Assembly: GCA_000989515.1 (NCBI GenBank)
Contig: LBOM01000001.1
Span: 1 to 59,259 of the forward strand
Direction of reading: 5' to 3'
DNA from: Candidatus Nomurabacteria bacterium GW2011_GWE1_32_28
GTDB lineage: Bacteria; Patescibacteriota; Minisyncoccia; Phycocordibacterales; UBA9973
DNA: 59,259 nucleotides
The position numbers and the translations under genes were made by a program. Shown piece after piece: positions 26,332 through 35,357 of the stretch (position 1 is its first letter; each line of letters opens with the position of its first letter). The notes beneath the pieces were generated by a model. That model made no database searches, was not told where the DNA came from, and worked only from the letters and a program-made list of their open reading frames with translations.

Positions 26332-27555
26332 GTGCTGAAGGATCGTAGTTCTGGTATAATATTCTTAATGAAAAATAAGTTTGTTGGTAAGATAAAAAGT
26401 ACCATTTCTTGCGATAGCAAAGGTTGCTACCTTTTTTTGTTTTTGGTAGGTATTGTTTTAGTTTTATTTTTTGTAATTCCAGAATTTTTTAGTAGTAAAG
26501 TTTATAATGAAAAATCTTTAAAAGAAGAAGCTATCACAAGAGAAGAAGAAAACATAATTGACGTCTTACCATTTGACAAAGAAGCTTATGATGAAAAGAT
26601 GGAAGAGTTGGCAAATAATCCTATAGATCCTATAGTTTATAAAACTATTAAAACTATTACAGGAAAAGACAAAAATGGTAAAGATATAATCAAGACAGAA
26701 AAAGTTCCACTTGATCCTAAGCCAGTAGTTTCTCATCTTTGGCCAGTAAAAGCTCCATATCCAAACAAGGGAGCCATCTTGCCTTTTAATAGAATAATCG
26801 CATATTATGGTAATTTGTATTCAAAAAAAATGGGAGTACTTGGAGAATACGAAGAAAATGATATGTTGCAAAGACTCAAAACTGAAGTAGAAAAATGGGA
26901 AAGTGCAGATCCGACAACTCCTGTTATTCCGGCACTTCATTATATTGCAGTAGTAGCACAAGGAAGTGCTGGTGCTGATGGTAAATACAGAACTCGTATG
27001 CCAGATTCAGAGATAGATAAAGTTGTTGAGATTGCAAAGAAAATAAATGCTATTGTTTTTTTAGATATTCAAGTTGGTTTTAGTACTTTACAAGAAGAAG
27101 TACCAAAATTCGAAAAATATCTTAAAATGTCACAAGTGCATTTAGGTGTTGATCCTGAATTTTCCATGAAGGGCACTATTCGTCCTGGTAAGATTGTCGG
27201 CACACTTGATGCAAGTGATATAAATTTTACAGTGAATTATTTGTCGAGAGTTGTTAAAGAAAATAATATTACGCCTAAGATTTTAGTAGTACATCGTTAT
27301 ACACAAAAGATGGTGACTAATTATAAAGAAATAAAACCATTATCTGAAGTTCAGATTGTAATGCATATGGATGGTTGGGGAGAGAAGGCAAAAAAGATAG
27401 GTACATATAAACAATTTATTTATAAAGAACCCGTACAATTTACTGGTTTTAAATTATTCTATAAAAATGATTTATTTACACCAGGTAGTGTTTTACTTTC
27501 TCCAGAAGAGCTCTTGAAGCTTAATCCAAAGCCTAGTTATATACAATATCAATAG
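26332..27555 (+). CDS. membrane-anchored hypothetical protein (extracytoplasmic domain of unknown function)
   Basis: Long ORF with one N-terminal TM. The start is uncertain and may be the MKNKFVGK Met at 26368. Confidence 0.5.
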   Translation: MLKDRSSGIIFLMKNKFVGKIKSTISCDSKGCYLFLFLVGIVLVLFFVIPEFFSSKVYNEKSLKEEAITREEENIIDVLPFDKEAYDEKMEELANNPIDPIVYKTIKTITGKDKNGKDIIKTEKVPLDPKPVVSHLWPVKAPYPNKGAILPFNRIIAYYGNLYSKKMGVLGEYEENDMLQRLKTEVEKWESADPTTPVIPALHYIAVVAQGSAGADGKYRTRMPDSEIDKVVEIAKKINAIVFLDIQVGFSTLQEEVPKFEKYLKMSQVHLGVDPEFSMKGTIRPGKIVGTLDASDINFTVNYLSRVVKENNITPKILVVHRYTQKMVTNYKEIKPLSEVQIVMHMDGWGEKAKKIGTYKQFIYKEPVQFTGFKLFYKNDLFTPGSVLLSPEELLKLNPKPSYIQYQ

Positions 27556-27603
27556 ATCTTTTTCAAGCTAGTATATTTGTTTTTTACATGATACTATTTA
27601 GAT

Positions 27604-28299
27604 ATGTTTTCAAGTTTTTTAACTACAAGTTCACATGGATTTTTGCCTGTAATAATGCTTTCTGCATTGATAGATAGTATTAATCCTTGTGCTATATCAG
27701 TATTGTTTTTAACTATTACTTTTCTATTTAGTTTAGGAAAAAATAGAAAATTTGTTTTGATTTCTGGTGGTGTATATATATTTGCTATAGCCACTGTATA
27801 TACTTTTATAGGATTAGGTGCATTGAAAGCGCTTACGTTTTTTAATGTTCCCAATGTAATGGCGAAGGTGGGTTCTTCTATATTATTACTTTACAGCATC
27901 ATAAGTTTGATAAATGAATTTTTTCCTAAATTTCCAATCAAATTAAAAATGCCAGAAAGTACTCACGCCACCATAGCCAAAGTGATGACTAAGGGTTCTA
28001 TTCCAGCTTTCTTGTTATTGGGAGCACTTGTAGCTATGTTCGAATTTCCTTGTACTGGTGGTCCTTATCTTTTTGTATTATCTCTACTGCATGATTATGC
28101 AAACTTTTGGAAAGGTTTCTGGTATTTGATTTTGTATAATTTTATTTTTGTTTTACCACTTATTATTATACTGTTATTTACTACAAATAAAGTTATGGCA
28201 GAAAAAATAGACAAATTACGTAAATTGGAAACAAAGAAAGCGCGTGTTATTTTATTATTAATTCTTATTGGTTTTGGTATTTTAATATTTTCATTATAA
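27604..28299 (+). CDS. ccdA: CcdA/DsbD-type transmembrane thiol-disulfide electron transporter
   Basis: TM1 INPCAISVL and TM4 FEFPCTGGPY cysteine motifs, six TMs. Confidence 0.8.
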   Translation: MFSSFLTTSSHGFLPVIMLSALIDSINPCAISVLFLTITFLFSLGKNRKFVLISGGVYIFAIATVYTFIGLGALKALTFFNVPNVMAKVGSSILLLYSIISLINEFFPKFPIKLKMPESTHATIAKVMTKGSIPAFLLLGALVAMFEFPCTGGPYLFVLSLLHDYANFWKGFWYLILYNFIFVLPLIIILLFTTNKVMAEKIDKLRKLETKKARVILLLILIGFGILIFSL

Positions 28300-28321
28300 T
28301 TAATAAAAAGATTATTAAAAT

Positions 28322-28387
28322 CTACTTTTTAGAATGGTCTGGCCGGGGTTCGGGGCCCCGGAGAACCGAGGACCTTATAAAAAGTTA
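28322..28387. repeat. AT-armed hairpin with very GC-rich core
   Basis: Arms ctactttttagaatggtc / gaccttataaaaagttag flank the core tggccggggttcggggccccggagaaccgag. The core includes a T-arm-like cgggg-ttcgggg-ccccg. Confidence 0.7.
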
Positions 28388-28410
28388 GTTTTAATAATCT
28401 TCCTAAATAT

Positions 28411-28917
28411 ATGTCACAAGATTTAAAATTATTAAGTTTCGAAGAATTACAAAAGAAGATTGCCATATTAAAAGAAGACAGAGGTGTAGATTTGTCTACA
28501 GAAGAGGATTTGAGTATAGCCGTGATGAATTTAATTAGTTTAGAAGAGCATTTCTTTTTTTCTGGAGCAAAGACAGGCAAAGATGAATATTACAATATGT
28601 TGATGGAAGTTAGAGAAATGAGGAAAGTATTACTCGCTCGCATGATAGACAAAACAGAAGCTGAGAGTTGGTGTATTTCTAAGCATTTATTAGCGACTAC
28701 GATGAGACTTATGGAAGTCGGAACTAAGCTACAAGGAGATGGCAAAACAGAAGATGCAAAACAAATGTTTACTTTTGCATACAAGGTTTATAATCTTTTC
28801 TTTGGGCTTAGATTAAAAATTATTAATATACCAGATATAAAAAATAATCTAGAAGCTGAGAAGCCTATGACATTTGATGACATCATGGGTAAGCTTGTGG
28901 ATTGTTGTAAAGAATAA
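28411..28917 (+). CDS. cytoplasmic helical hypothetical protein ending in vicinal cysteines (..VDCCKE)
   Basis: 168-aa ORF between ccdA and the thioredoxin-like gene. No TM. Confidence 0.5.
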   Translation: MSQDLKLLSFEELQKKIAILKEDRGVDLSTEEDLSIAVMNLISLEEHFFFSGAKTGKDEYYNMLMEVREMRKVLLARMIDKTEAESWCISKHLLATTMRLMEVGTKLQGDGKTEDAKQMFTFAYKVYNLFFGLRLKIINIPDIKNNLEAEKPMTFDDIMGKLVDCCKE

Positions 28918-28921
28918 AAAT

Positions 28922-29293
28922 ATGAATCAAAAAAGTATTTTCTTTTTAATAATAGGTCTTTTAGTGTTAGGTACCGTAGCTACTGTTTTACTTAAAAAAG
29001 GTGATAGCCCAGTATCTACAAAATATGATAGTTTCGCACAATGTTTAGCTGAAAAGAATTTAACTATGTATGGTGCTGTTTGGTGTTCACATTGTAATGC
29101 GGAGAAACAACGCTTTGAAGATTCTTTTAAATATGTTCCTTATGTTGAATGTACAGAAACTCCAGACCTATGTATTGAAAAAGGCATAGAAGGTTATCCA
29201 ACTTGGATAGATGGGAATGGTACGAAATATGTAGGAGAACAGGGTTTAGAAAAATTATCAGAAATAAGTAGTTGTATATTACCAACTGAATAG
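28922..29293 (+). CDS. membrane-anchored extracytoplasmic thioredoxin-like protein (CxxC)
   Basis: MNQKSIFFLIIGLLVLGTVATVLL anchor and YGAVWCSHCNAEKQRF, which resembles the Trx-like domain fused to bacterial VKOR. I moved the start to the Met after the upstream stop. Confidence 0.7.
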   Translation: MNQKSIFFLIIGLLVLGTVATVLLKKGDSPVSTKYDSFAQCLAEKNLTMYGAVWCSHCNAEKQRFEDSFKYVPYVECTETPDLCIEKGIEGYPTWIDGNGTKYVGEQGLEKLSEISSCILPTE

Positions 29294-29308
29294 TATATAA
29301 TTATATAT

Positions 29309-29938
29309 ATGAAACAAGGACGATTAGATCAATTGGCAGACGGTATATTTGCTATAGTTATGACTATTTTAGTTTTTGAAATACGTATTCCTGAATATGT
29401 TGGTGTAGTAAGTGATCAGACACTTTTGGATTCATTATTAAATCTTTATCCTGTTTTTCTAAGTTATCTTTTAAGTTTTTCTCTTCTTTTTACTTATTGG
29501 AGATCTCATCATTTTATTGAATCAATACTTGCTAAAAATATTGATACACATTTTTCTAATTTAAATGCTATCTTTTTTTTCTTTGTAGCTCTAGTTCCAT
29601 TTTCTTCTCATATTCTTGGTAAGTATAGTTATTCTTATACCGCTACTATATTTTTTGCATTAAATATAATTTTAATAGGTTTTTCATTGTTTGTGATGCG
29701 TCAATATGTTATTAATTCTAAAACTATTGAAAATGCGATATTTACAAAAAGAGAAAATGAGCATGCGAATATGCATATATTGTTTCCTGTCGGTGCAGCA
29801 TTTATCGCAATATTTATATCTTTTTTAAGTACCAATATTGCGATAGTGTTATTTACACTTGCGATTTTATTTAATTTATTAAACAAGAGTACTAAGTATA
29901 CTTTTTTTCTTATTGATTTTTTTCGTAAGAATAAATAG
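29309..29938 (+). CDS. TMEM175/DUF1211-family potassium channel
   Basis: RLDQLADGIFAIVMTILVFEI signature, six TMs. Confidence 0.8.
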   Translation: MKQGRLDQLADGIFAIVMTILVFEIRIPEYVGVVSDQTLLDSLLNLYPVFLSYLLSFSLLFTYWRSHHFIESILAKNIDTHFSNLNAIFFFFVALVPFSSHILGKYSYSYTATIFFALNIILIGFSLFVMRQYVINSKTIENAIFTKRENEHANMHILFPVGAAFIAIFISFLSTNIAIVLFTLAILFNLLNKSTKYTFFLIDFFRKNK

Positions 29939-29950
29939 ATTTATAAATCT

Positions 29951-30334
29951 ATGATAGATTCTAAAAAAGAAATAAAAGCTTGGCGTGAAGTTAAAAAAAG
30001 TGAAAAGTTTATGAATGCTTTTCGTGGTTTATATGTTTTTGGAAAAACAACAAGGAATCTATATTTTCATATAAGTACAGCATTGCTTGTAATATTTTTG
30101 GGTTTTTGTTTTAATATTTCAAATTTTGAATGGATTATTTTGATTTTTTGTATTGGTTTTGTTTTAGTTTCTGAAGCGTTTAACACAGCAATAGAAATAG
30201 ATATAGATTTAACTTCTCCAGAATATCACCCTTTTGCTAGAGACACCAAAGACGTTGCAGCAGCAGCAGTTTTGTTGTCTGTTTTTACTGCAATAATAAT
30301 TGGTTTGATTATTTTTTTACCTAAGATTTTTTAA
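29951..30334 (+). CDS. dgkA: diacylglycerol/undecaprenol kinase (DgkA family)
   Basis: SEAFNTAIE and KDVAAAAVLL, three TMs. Confidence 0.8.
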   Translation: MIDSKKEIKAWREVKKSEKFMNAFRGLYVFGKTTRNLYFHISTALLVIFLGFCFNISNFEWIILIFCIGFVLVSEAFNTAIEIDIDLTSPEYHPFARDTKDVAAAAVLLSVFTAIIIGLIIFLPKIF

Positions 30335-30383
30335 AATTAGTAATAATGATATTCATTAATTAAATTTATGATATAATTAAACT

Positions 30384-30590
30384 ATGGATCAGGAATTAAA
30401 TAAAAAAATAGAAGAACAGGGAATTAAGATTGATGCGATATATAAATCTGTAGAAAAAACAAGAAAATATTTTTTAATGATTATTTGGGTTACAGTTTTA
30501 ACCCTCATAATACCAGTAATAGGATTATTTTTTGTTTTACCATCTTTTTTGAGTAATTATGCAAGTTCTTTAGACAGTTTGGGTATTTAA
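30384..30590 (+). CDS. small single-TM protein
   Basis: 68-aa ORF. An extended -10 tgatataat lies 6 nt upstream of the ATG. Confidence 0.4.
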   Translation: MDQELNKKIEEQGIKIDAIYKSVEKTRKYFLMIIWVTVLTLIIPVIGLFFVLPSFLSNYASSLDSLGI

Positions 30591-30638
30591 ATTATTCAAT
30601 TTTGAAGTGTTTGATTATTAGAATAACATTTTTATTTT

Positions 30639-30701
30639 ATGGCAAAAGGAATTACACATAAAAAAGAAGTAAAAAAGGCAAAGAAGGCAAAGAAGAAATA
30701 A
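30639..30701 (+). CDS. Lys-rich micro-ORF (20 aa: MAKGITHKKEVKKAKKAKKK)
   Basis: Found by eye. The stop abuts a perfect 16-bp hairpin. A second, similar micro-ORF is at 43753..43824. Confidence 0.3.
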   Translation: MAKGITHKKEVKKAKKAKKK

Positions 30702-30736
30702 CTATAAATCCTCAATTAAAAATTGAGGATTTATAG
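30702..30736 (+). terminator. perfect 16-bp hairpin (terminator or attenuator; weak U-tract)
   Basis: ctataaatcctcaatt-aaa-aattgaggatttatag. Confidence 0.45.
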
Positions 30737-30751
30737 TTAGATATAAAAATT

Positions 30752-30976
30752 ATGTATATTAGAGTAAAGGTAAATCCTTCTGCAAAAAAAGAAATATTTA
30801 AACAGATAAATGAGGATCATTTTGAAATTTCTGTAAAAGAAAAAGCAGAACGTAATCTTGCCAATGACAGGATTGTTGAAATTTTTTCAAATCATTTTAA
30901 TGTTTTTAAAAATAAAGTTCGTATTGTAAATGGACATCGTAGTTCTACAAAACTTTTGATAATTGATAAAAATTAA
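30752..30976 (+). CDS. DUF167 (YggU-like) protein
   Basis: VKVNPSAKK...ERNLANDRIVEIFSNHF...VRIVNGHRSSTKLLII matches the DUF167 pattern. Confidence 0.65.
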   Translation: MYIRVKVNPSAKKEIFKQINEDHFEISVKEKAERNLANDRIVEIFSNHFNVFKNKVRIVNGHRSSTKLLIIDKN

Positions 30977-31005
30977 AGAATTGTATGTTTCTAAAATATT
31001 AAAAT

Positions 31006-31611
31006 ATGTTAAATTTTACACACAAAGAAATAGTTTTAATGAATAAATTAAATACACCAGCAAAGGTGCAAGATTTTTTAAATAGCTTAAAATTTAATCT
31101 TGAAAAAGATGGAAAAGATACTTTAAAATCTCCGATAAAAGTATTGCGTATGGGAAATGCTCATTGTACTGAAGGTGCTATTTTAGGTGCTTATATACTC
31201 TCTTTGCATGGTTTTAAGCCCTATATTTTACATCTAAAGACAGTAAAAGGAGACTTCGATCATGTTATTGCACCATTTAGACAATATGGTTTTTGGGGTG
31301 CATTATCTAAAACCAATCATTCAGTTTTACGATACAGAGAACCAATTTACAAAAATATACATGAATTAGTAATGTCTTATTTTCACGAATATTTTTTAGA
31401 CAATGGTTTAAAAACCTTACGGAGTTATTCTATACCTCTTAACTTGAATATTTTTGAAAAAGGGTGGGAGATAGAAGAAGATAATCTTTGGGGAATAGAT
31501 CAAGAGTTAGATAAAATAAAACATTACGATATAGCTCCTAAGATTGTTTTTAGAAATCTTAAAAAAGCAGATAAAATAGAAATAAAAGCTGGTAAAATTG
31601 TAGAATTTTAA
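31006..31611 (+). CDS. hypothetical protein with possible Cys-His (papain/transglutaminase-like) centre
   Basis: MGNAHCTEGA and DFDHVIAP. Assignment is weak. Confidence 0.4.
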   Translation: MLNFTHKEIVLMNKLNTPAKVQDFLNSLKFNLEKDGKDTLKSPIKVLRMGNAHCTEGAILGAYILSLHGFKPYILHLKTVKGDFDHVIAPFRQYGFWGALSKTNHSVLRYREPIYKNIHELVMSYFHEYFLDNGLKTLRSYSIPLNLNIFEKGWEIEEDNLWGIDQELDKIKHYDIAPKIVFRNLKKADKIEIKAGKIVEF

Positions 31612-31671
31612 AAAATAAAGATTTCTTTATAGAAAGTACATCTTAAATATCTTTTTGTTTTTATTTTTAAT

Positions 31672-32103
31672 CTATATTTTTTCTAATTTCCAAGATATTA
31701 TATCTCCAGGTTTTATTTTATAATCTGATATACCTATGTCTGCTTTTTTATTATTTACATAATAAAGCCAGTATTTTTCGTTACTTGATTTTATTCCATT
31801 TATTTCTTCTATGAATTTTCCGATTCCAGAATAAGTTTTATCTTTAAAATTTATTTTTCCTTCTTCTTTTAATTTAACCATGAAATCATAGATATTTACT
31901 TCTTGATTAATTTCAGTCTCGTATTTAATTCCGTTTACTTCTAATACTGCTTTATTTATTATTATTTTTGGAATTTCTTCATATGTCTTACTATTTATAT
32001 CTATTTCAGATTGTTTTACTATTTGTATTTTTTTATTTAAAAATAGTATTACCAAAAGAGTAATTATTATTATTGTTATTTTATATTTTCCTTTTATTTT
32101 CAT
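31672..32103 (-). CDS. membrane-anchored DUF4430-like (transcobalamin-like fold) protein
   Basis: EKYWLYYVNNKKADIGISDYKIKPGDIISWKL C-terminal pattern. Confidence 0.6.
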   Translation of the reverse strand: MKIKGKYKITIIIITLLVILFLNKKIQIVKQSEIDINSKTYEEIPKIIINKAVLEVNGIKYETEINQEVNIYDFMVKLKEEGKINFKDKTYSGIGKFIEEINGIKSSNEKYWLYYVNNKKADIGISDYKIKPGDIISWKLEKI

Positions 32104-32200
32104 ATATTTAATTTGGATACAAAAAATTTACAACAAGTAGAATTTTATAACTTTTAATTTTTAAAATATATGAAGACTACTTATTAAATGAAATGATAAT

Positions 32201-33355
32201 CTATTTAACATCTTTTATTTTTAGAGATATTAAAAATCCGATTAATAATATTACAGCTAAAACAAAAAATAAATATTCAAAAGATGGTACTAGAACAAGA
32301 ATAGGTATTGCCAATAAGGGGGCCAATACATAAGAAAGAGAAGAAGCATTGCGAAAGAAGATAATCTCATCAGCATTTTCTTTTGTAATTTCTTTGAAAA
32401 AATAACTTTCATTCATTGTTTCAATAGTTGCAGCTCCTACTCGTGTCGCAAAAAGTATCGTTGCCCAAAGCCAGAATATGGATTCTTTTATTAGAGGTAT
32501 AGCTATAACAGATAATGTTATTATAGAAAAACCAATAATTAACATCTTTTTTTCTCCGATTTTGTCTGAAAGTTTTCCTAGTGGAAAATCTAATAATATA
32601 AATGGTAAGAGCATTATTGAAAAAATAATACCAATTTTTTCCCAACTGAAATTTATATATTGATTTAAATATATTGGTGTATATATTATCATCCAAACAT
32701 AAAAAAATTGTAAAATAAAATTAGAAAAATATATTTTTAATATATTTTTATTTTGTGAAAAAGATTTAATAGTTTTTAATATATAGAATTTTTTATATTC
32801 AGGGTCTTTGAAATCACGTAGGAAGAAAATAAAAATAATAGCTACTAGTATTATAAATCCTGCACCCAAAAGATAGATATTTGAAAAATTATTTTTATTT
32901 ATAATAGAACTTGAAATAATTTGTGCAATAATCCAAGCAAAATTTATTATCATTAGATAAAAACCCCTAAGAGACCCCGTCGAGGTTTTTGGCGAAAAAT
33001 CTTCTAAAAATACATCCAAAGAAGAGAGTATATAATTAAGTGATATAAAATAAAGAATAAAAGCAATAATTATCGTAAAAACATTATTTTCTAATGCAAG
33101 AAGAGTCAAGGATATAAATATTATAAATAAGGATAGTAATATAGTAATACGATTACCTAGACGTTTAAGTATTTTAGGCATTTTTAATAGACCCAATATA
33201 GTTAATATTGAAGCAATTATATAAATAATACTTATGTATTTTGAATCTAAAAATGTTCCAAGGAAACTTGAATTTATATAAGAAACAAGAGCAATTGGTA
33301 TAGAGAACAGAAAACCTGCTAAATATATTATTTTTCTGTTGTGTTTTTCCTTCAT
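32201..33355 (-). CDS. MFS transporter
   Basis: About 12 TMs, and the loop motif GKLSDKIGEKKM between TM halves. Confidence 0.8.
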   Translation of the reverse strand: MKEKHNRKIIYLAGFLFSIPIALVSYINSSFLGTFLDSKYISIIYIIASILTILGLLKMPKILKRLGNRITILLSLFIIFISLTLLALENNVFTIIIAFILYFISLNYILSSLDVFLEDFSPKTSTGSLRGFYLMIINFAWIIAQIISSSIINKNNFSNIYLLGAGFIILVAIIFIFFLRDFKDPEYKKFYILKTIKSFSQNKNILKIYFSNFILQFFYVWMIIYTPIYLNQYINFSWEKIGIIFSIMLLPFILLDFPLGKLSDKIGEKKMLIIGFSIITLSVIAIPLIKESIFWLWATILFATRVGAATIETMNESYFFKEITKENADEIIFFRNASSLSYVLAPLLAIPILVLVPSFEYLFFVLAVILLIGFLISLKIKDVK

Positions 33356-33368
33356 TTTTACAAATTTT

Positions 33369-35297
33369 TTAAATACTTAATATTACAGGTATAACTAATG
33401 GTCTTTTTGCAGTTTTTTGAAATAAGAATTTTGAAACAGTTTCACCAATATTAGATTTTATGTGATCTAGGTCAATTTCATTATTTTTTATAGCTATGTC
33501 ATCTACTCCTTTTTTGATTATAATTCGTACCTGTCGTAAAAGTTCTTGATTTTCTTTAAGATATACAAACCCACGTGATATTAGATCTGGTGATTTTTTT
33601 AATTTACGAGTCTTAAGATCTATTAATGCTATTATTACAAACATTCCATCTTGCGCAAGCATTTGTCTATCTCTGATAACTACATCTTGTACATCACTGA
33701 TTGCAAGTCCGTCTACCATCATTGGAGCAGATGGTGCTTTTTCTTTTCGTAAAATAATTTTTTCTCCATCATTAGATATTTCAATAATAGAACCATTGTC
33801 TGGTACTACTATTCTTTCTTCTGACATTCCTGCCTCTATCGCTAGTTCTTTGTGGAGCTCTAACATGAAATGATTGCCATGAATTGGAATAAAAAATTTT
33901 GGATGTACTTTTTTATGAAGCCATCTTATATCTTCTTTGTTTCCATGTCCTGTAGCATGAATGAAGTCTTCTCCAGCTGTTCGATAACTTATTATTTTGA
34001 CACCTTGTCGTGAAAGATTATCTTTAATACGTTGAACTTTTATTTCATTTCCAGGAACCACAGAAGATGAAAGTATAATAGTGTCTCCTTTTTTGATTGA
34101 AAATTTAGTGTGAGATTTGTTTGCAGCACGCGAAAGTGCTGCAAATTCTTCACCTTGAGATCCTGTCATAAGTATTACAACCTTGTTAGGAGGATATTTA
34201 TCAGCATCTTCAATAGGTATCAATGTATCTTTTTTGGGCTTAAAGTATCCAGCTTCTATTGCTACATCTATATTTGTTTTCATAGAACGTCCATCAATAG
34301 CTATTTTTTTCCCTAAATTCTCAGCCACTTTTACAACATGAGTTAGTCGAGTGATGTGTGATGCAAAAGCAGCAATTATTATACGTCCATTTACCTTTTT
34401 TATTAAATTTTCTAACCCTTGATGTACTTTTATTTCAGGCAATGAAAAACCCTCATTTTCTATGTTTGTAGAATCTGTCATCAATAAAAGAACTTTTGCT
34501 TTATCAAAAATAGAATATTCTTTTTCTTCTTGGTCTGATACTATTCCATCTACTTGGTCTAGCTTATAATCTCCAGGGGTAACTATCCAACCATTTTTAG
34601 TTTCTATTATTACACCCATTGAATCTGGAATAGTGTGTGTTACTCCAAAAAATCTAACTTTTATTTTTCCACATGTTACTACTTCATCTTTTTCCACCAC
34701 GTGTTCTTTTATTGCTGCAAATTGTGGGAATTCAGCTTGCCTTTTTTTCATTAGAAGCATAGAAAGATTACGAGAATATACTGGAGGATTGCCTATACGT
34801 GAAAGTACAAGTGGTACTCCTCCTATGTGATCTAAATGTCCATGAGTTATAAAAAGCCCTCGTATTTTGTCTTTATGCTCTTCTAAATATGTCGTATTTG
34901 GTATAACATAATCAACTCCTGGTGTATCTTCATTGGAAAAATGCATACCTGCATCTACTAAGATAATATCTTCTCCTATTTCTATCGCCGTCATATTTTT
35001 CCCTATTTCTTCAACACCACCTAGTGGTATAATACGAACTACTCCTTCTAACGGAGAAGGAATTTTATTTTCACTTATATTTTTATATTTATTTTTATTA
35101 TCGAATGGACGATTTCCATTTCTAGATGGTCTATAATTTTTTTTAGTATACTGATAAGTAGAACTTTTTATAAGTTTTTTTCTTTCAGGATTTTTATTTT
35201 GAGTTTCTGTTTTTTGTAATAGGGGATTACTTATTGTTTTATTTTCTTTCTTTTCTTCGATGCTGATAGCACTAAAAGATAGTCTAGTTTTTTTCAT
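33369..35297 (-). CDS. rnj: ribonuclease J with Lys/Asn-rich N-terminal extension
   Basis: Metallo-beta-lactamase THGHLDHIGG, beta-CASP region, HATGHG. About 75 extra basic residues at the N-terminus. Confidence 0.9.
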   Translation of the reverse strand: MKKTRLSFSAISIEEKKENKTISNPLLQKTETQNKNPERKKLIKSSTYQYTKKNYRPSRNGNRPFDNKNKYKNISENKIPSPLEGVVRIIPLGGVEEIGKNMTAIEIGEDIILVDAGMHFSNEDTPGVDYVIPNTTYLEEHKDKIRGLFITHGHLDHIGGVPLVLSRIGNPPVYSRNLSMLLMKKRQAEFPQFAAIKEHVVEKDEVVTCGKIKVRFFGVTHTIPDSMGVIIETKNGWIVTPGDYKLDQVDGIVSDQEEKEYSIFDKAKVLLLMTDSTNIENEGFSLPEIKVHQGLENLIKKVNGRIIIAAFASHITRLTHVVKVAENLGKKIAIDGRSMKTNIDVAIEAGYFKPKKDTLIPIEDADKYPPNKVVILMTGSQGEEFAALSRAANKSHTKFSIKKGDTIILSSSVVPGNEIKVQRIKDNLSRQGVKIISYRTAGEDFIHATGHGNKEDIRWLHKKVHPKFFIPIHGNHFMLELHKELAIEAGMSEERIVVPDNGSIIEISNDGEKIILRKEKAPSAPMMVDGLAISDVQDVVIRDRQMLAQDGMFVIIALIDLKTRKLKKSPDLISRGFVYLKENQELLRQVRIIIKKGVDDIAIKNNEIDLDHIKSNIGETVSKFLFQKTAKRPLVIPVILSI

Positions 35298-35357
35298 TGT
35301 TTTTGTTTCTTATTTTTTTGTTAATAATAGTTACCTTTTTACGAGAGGTAGATAAGT

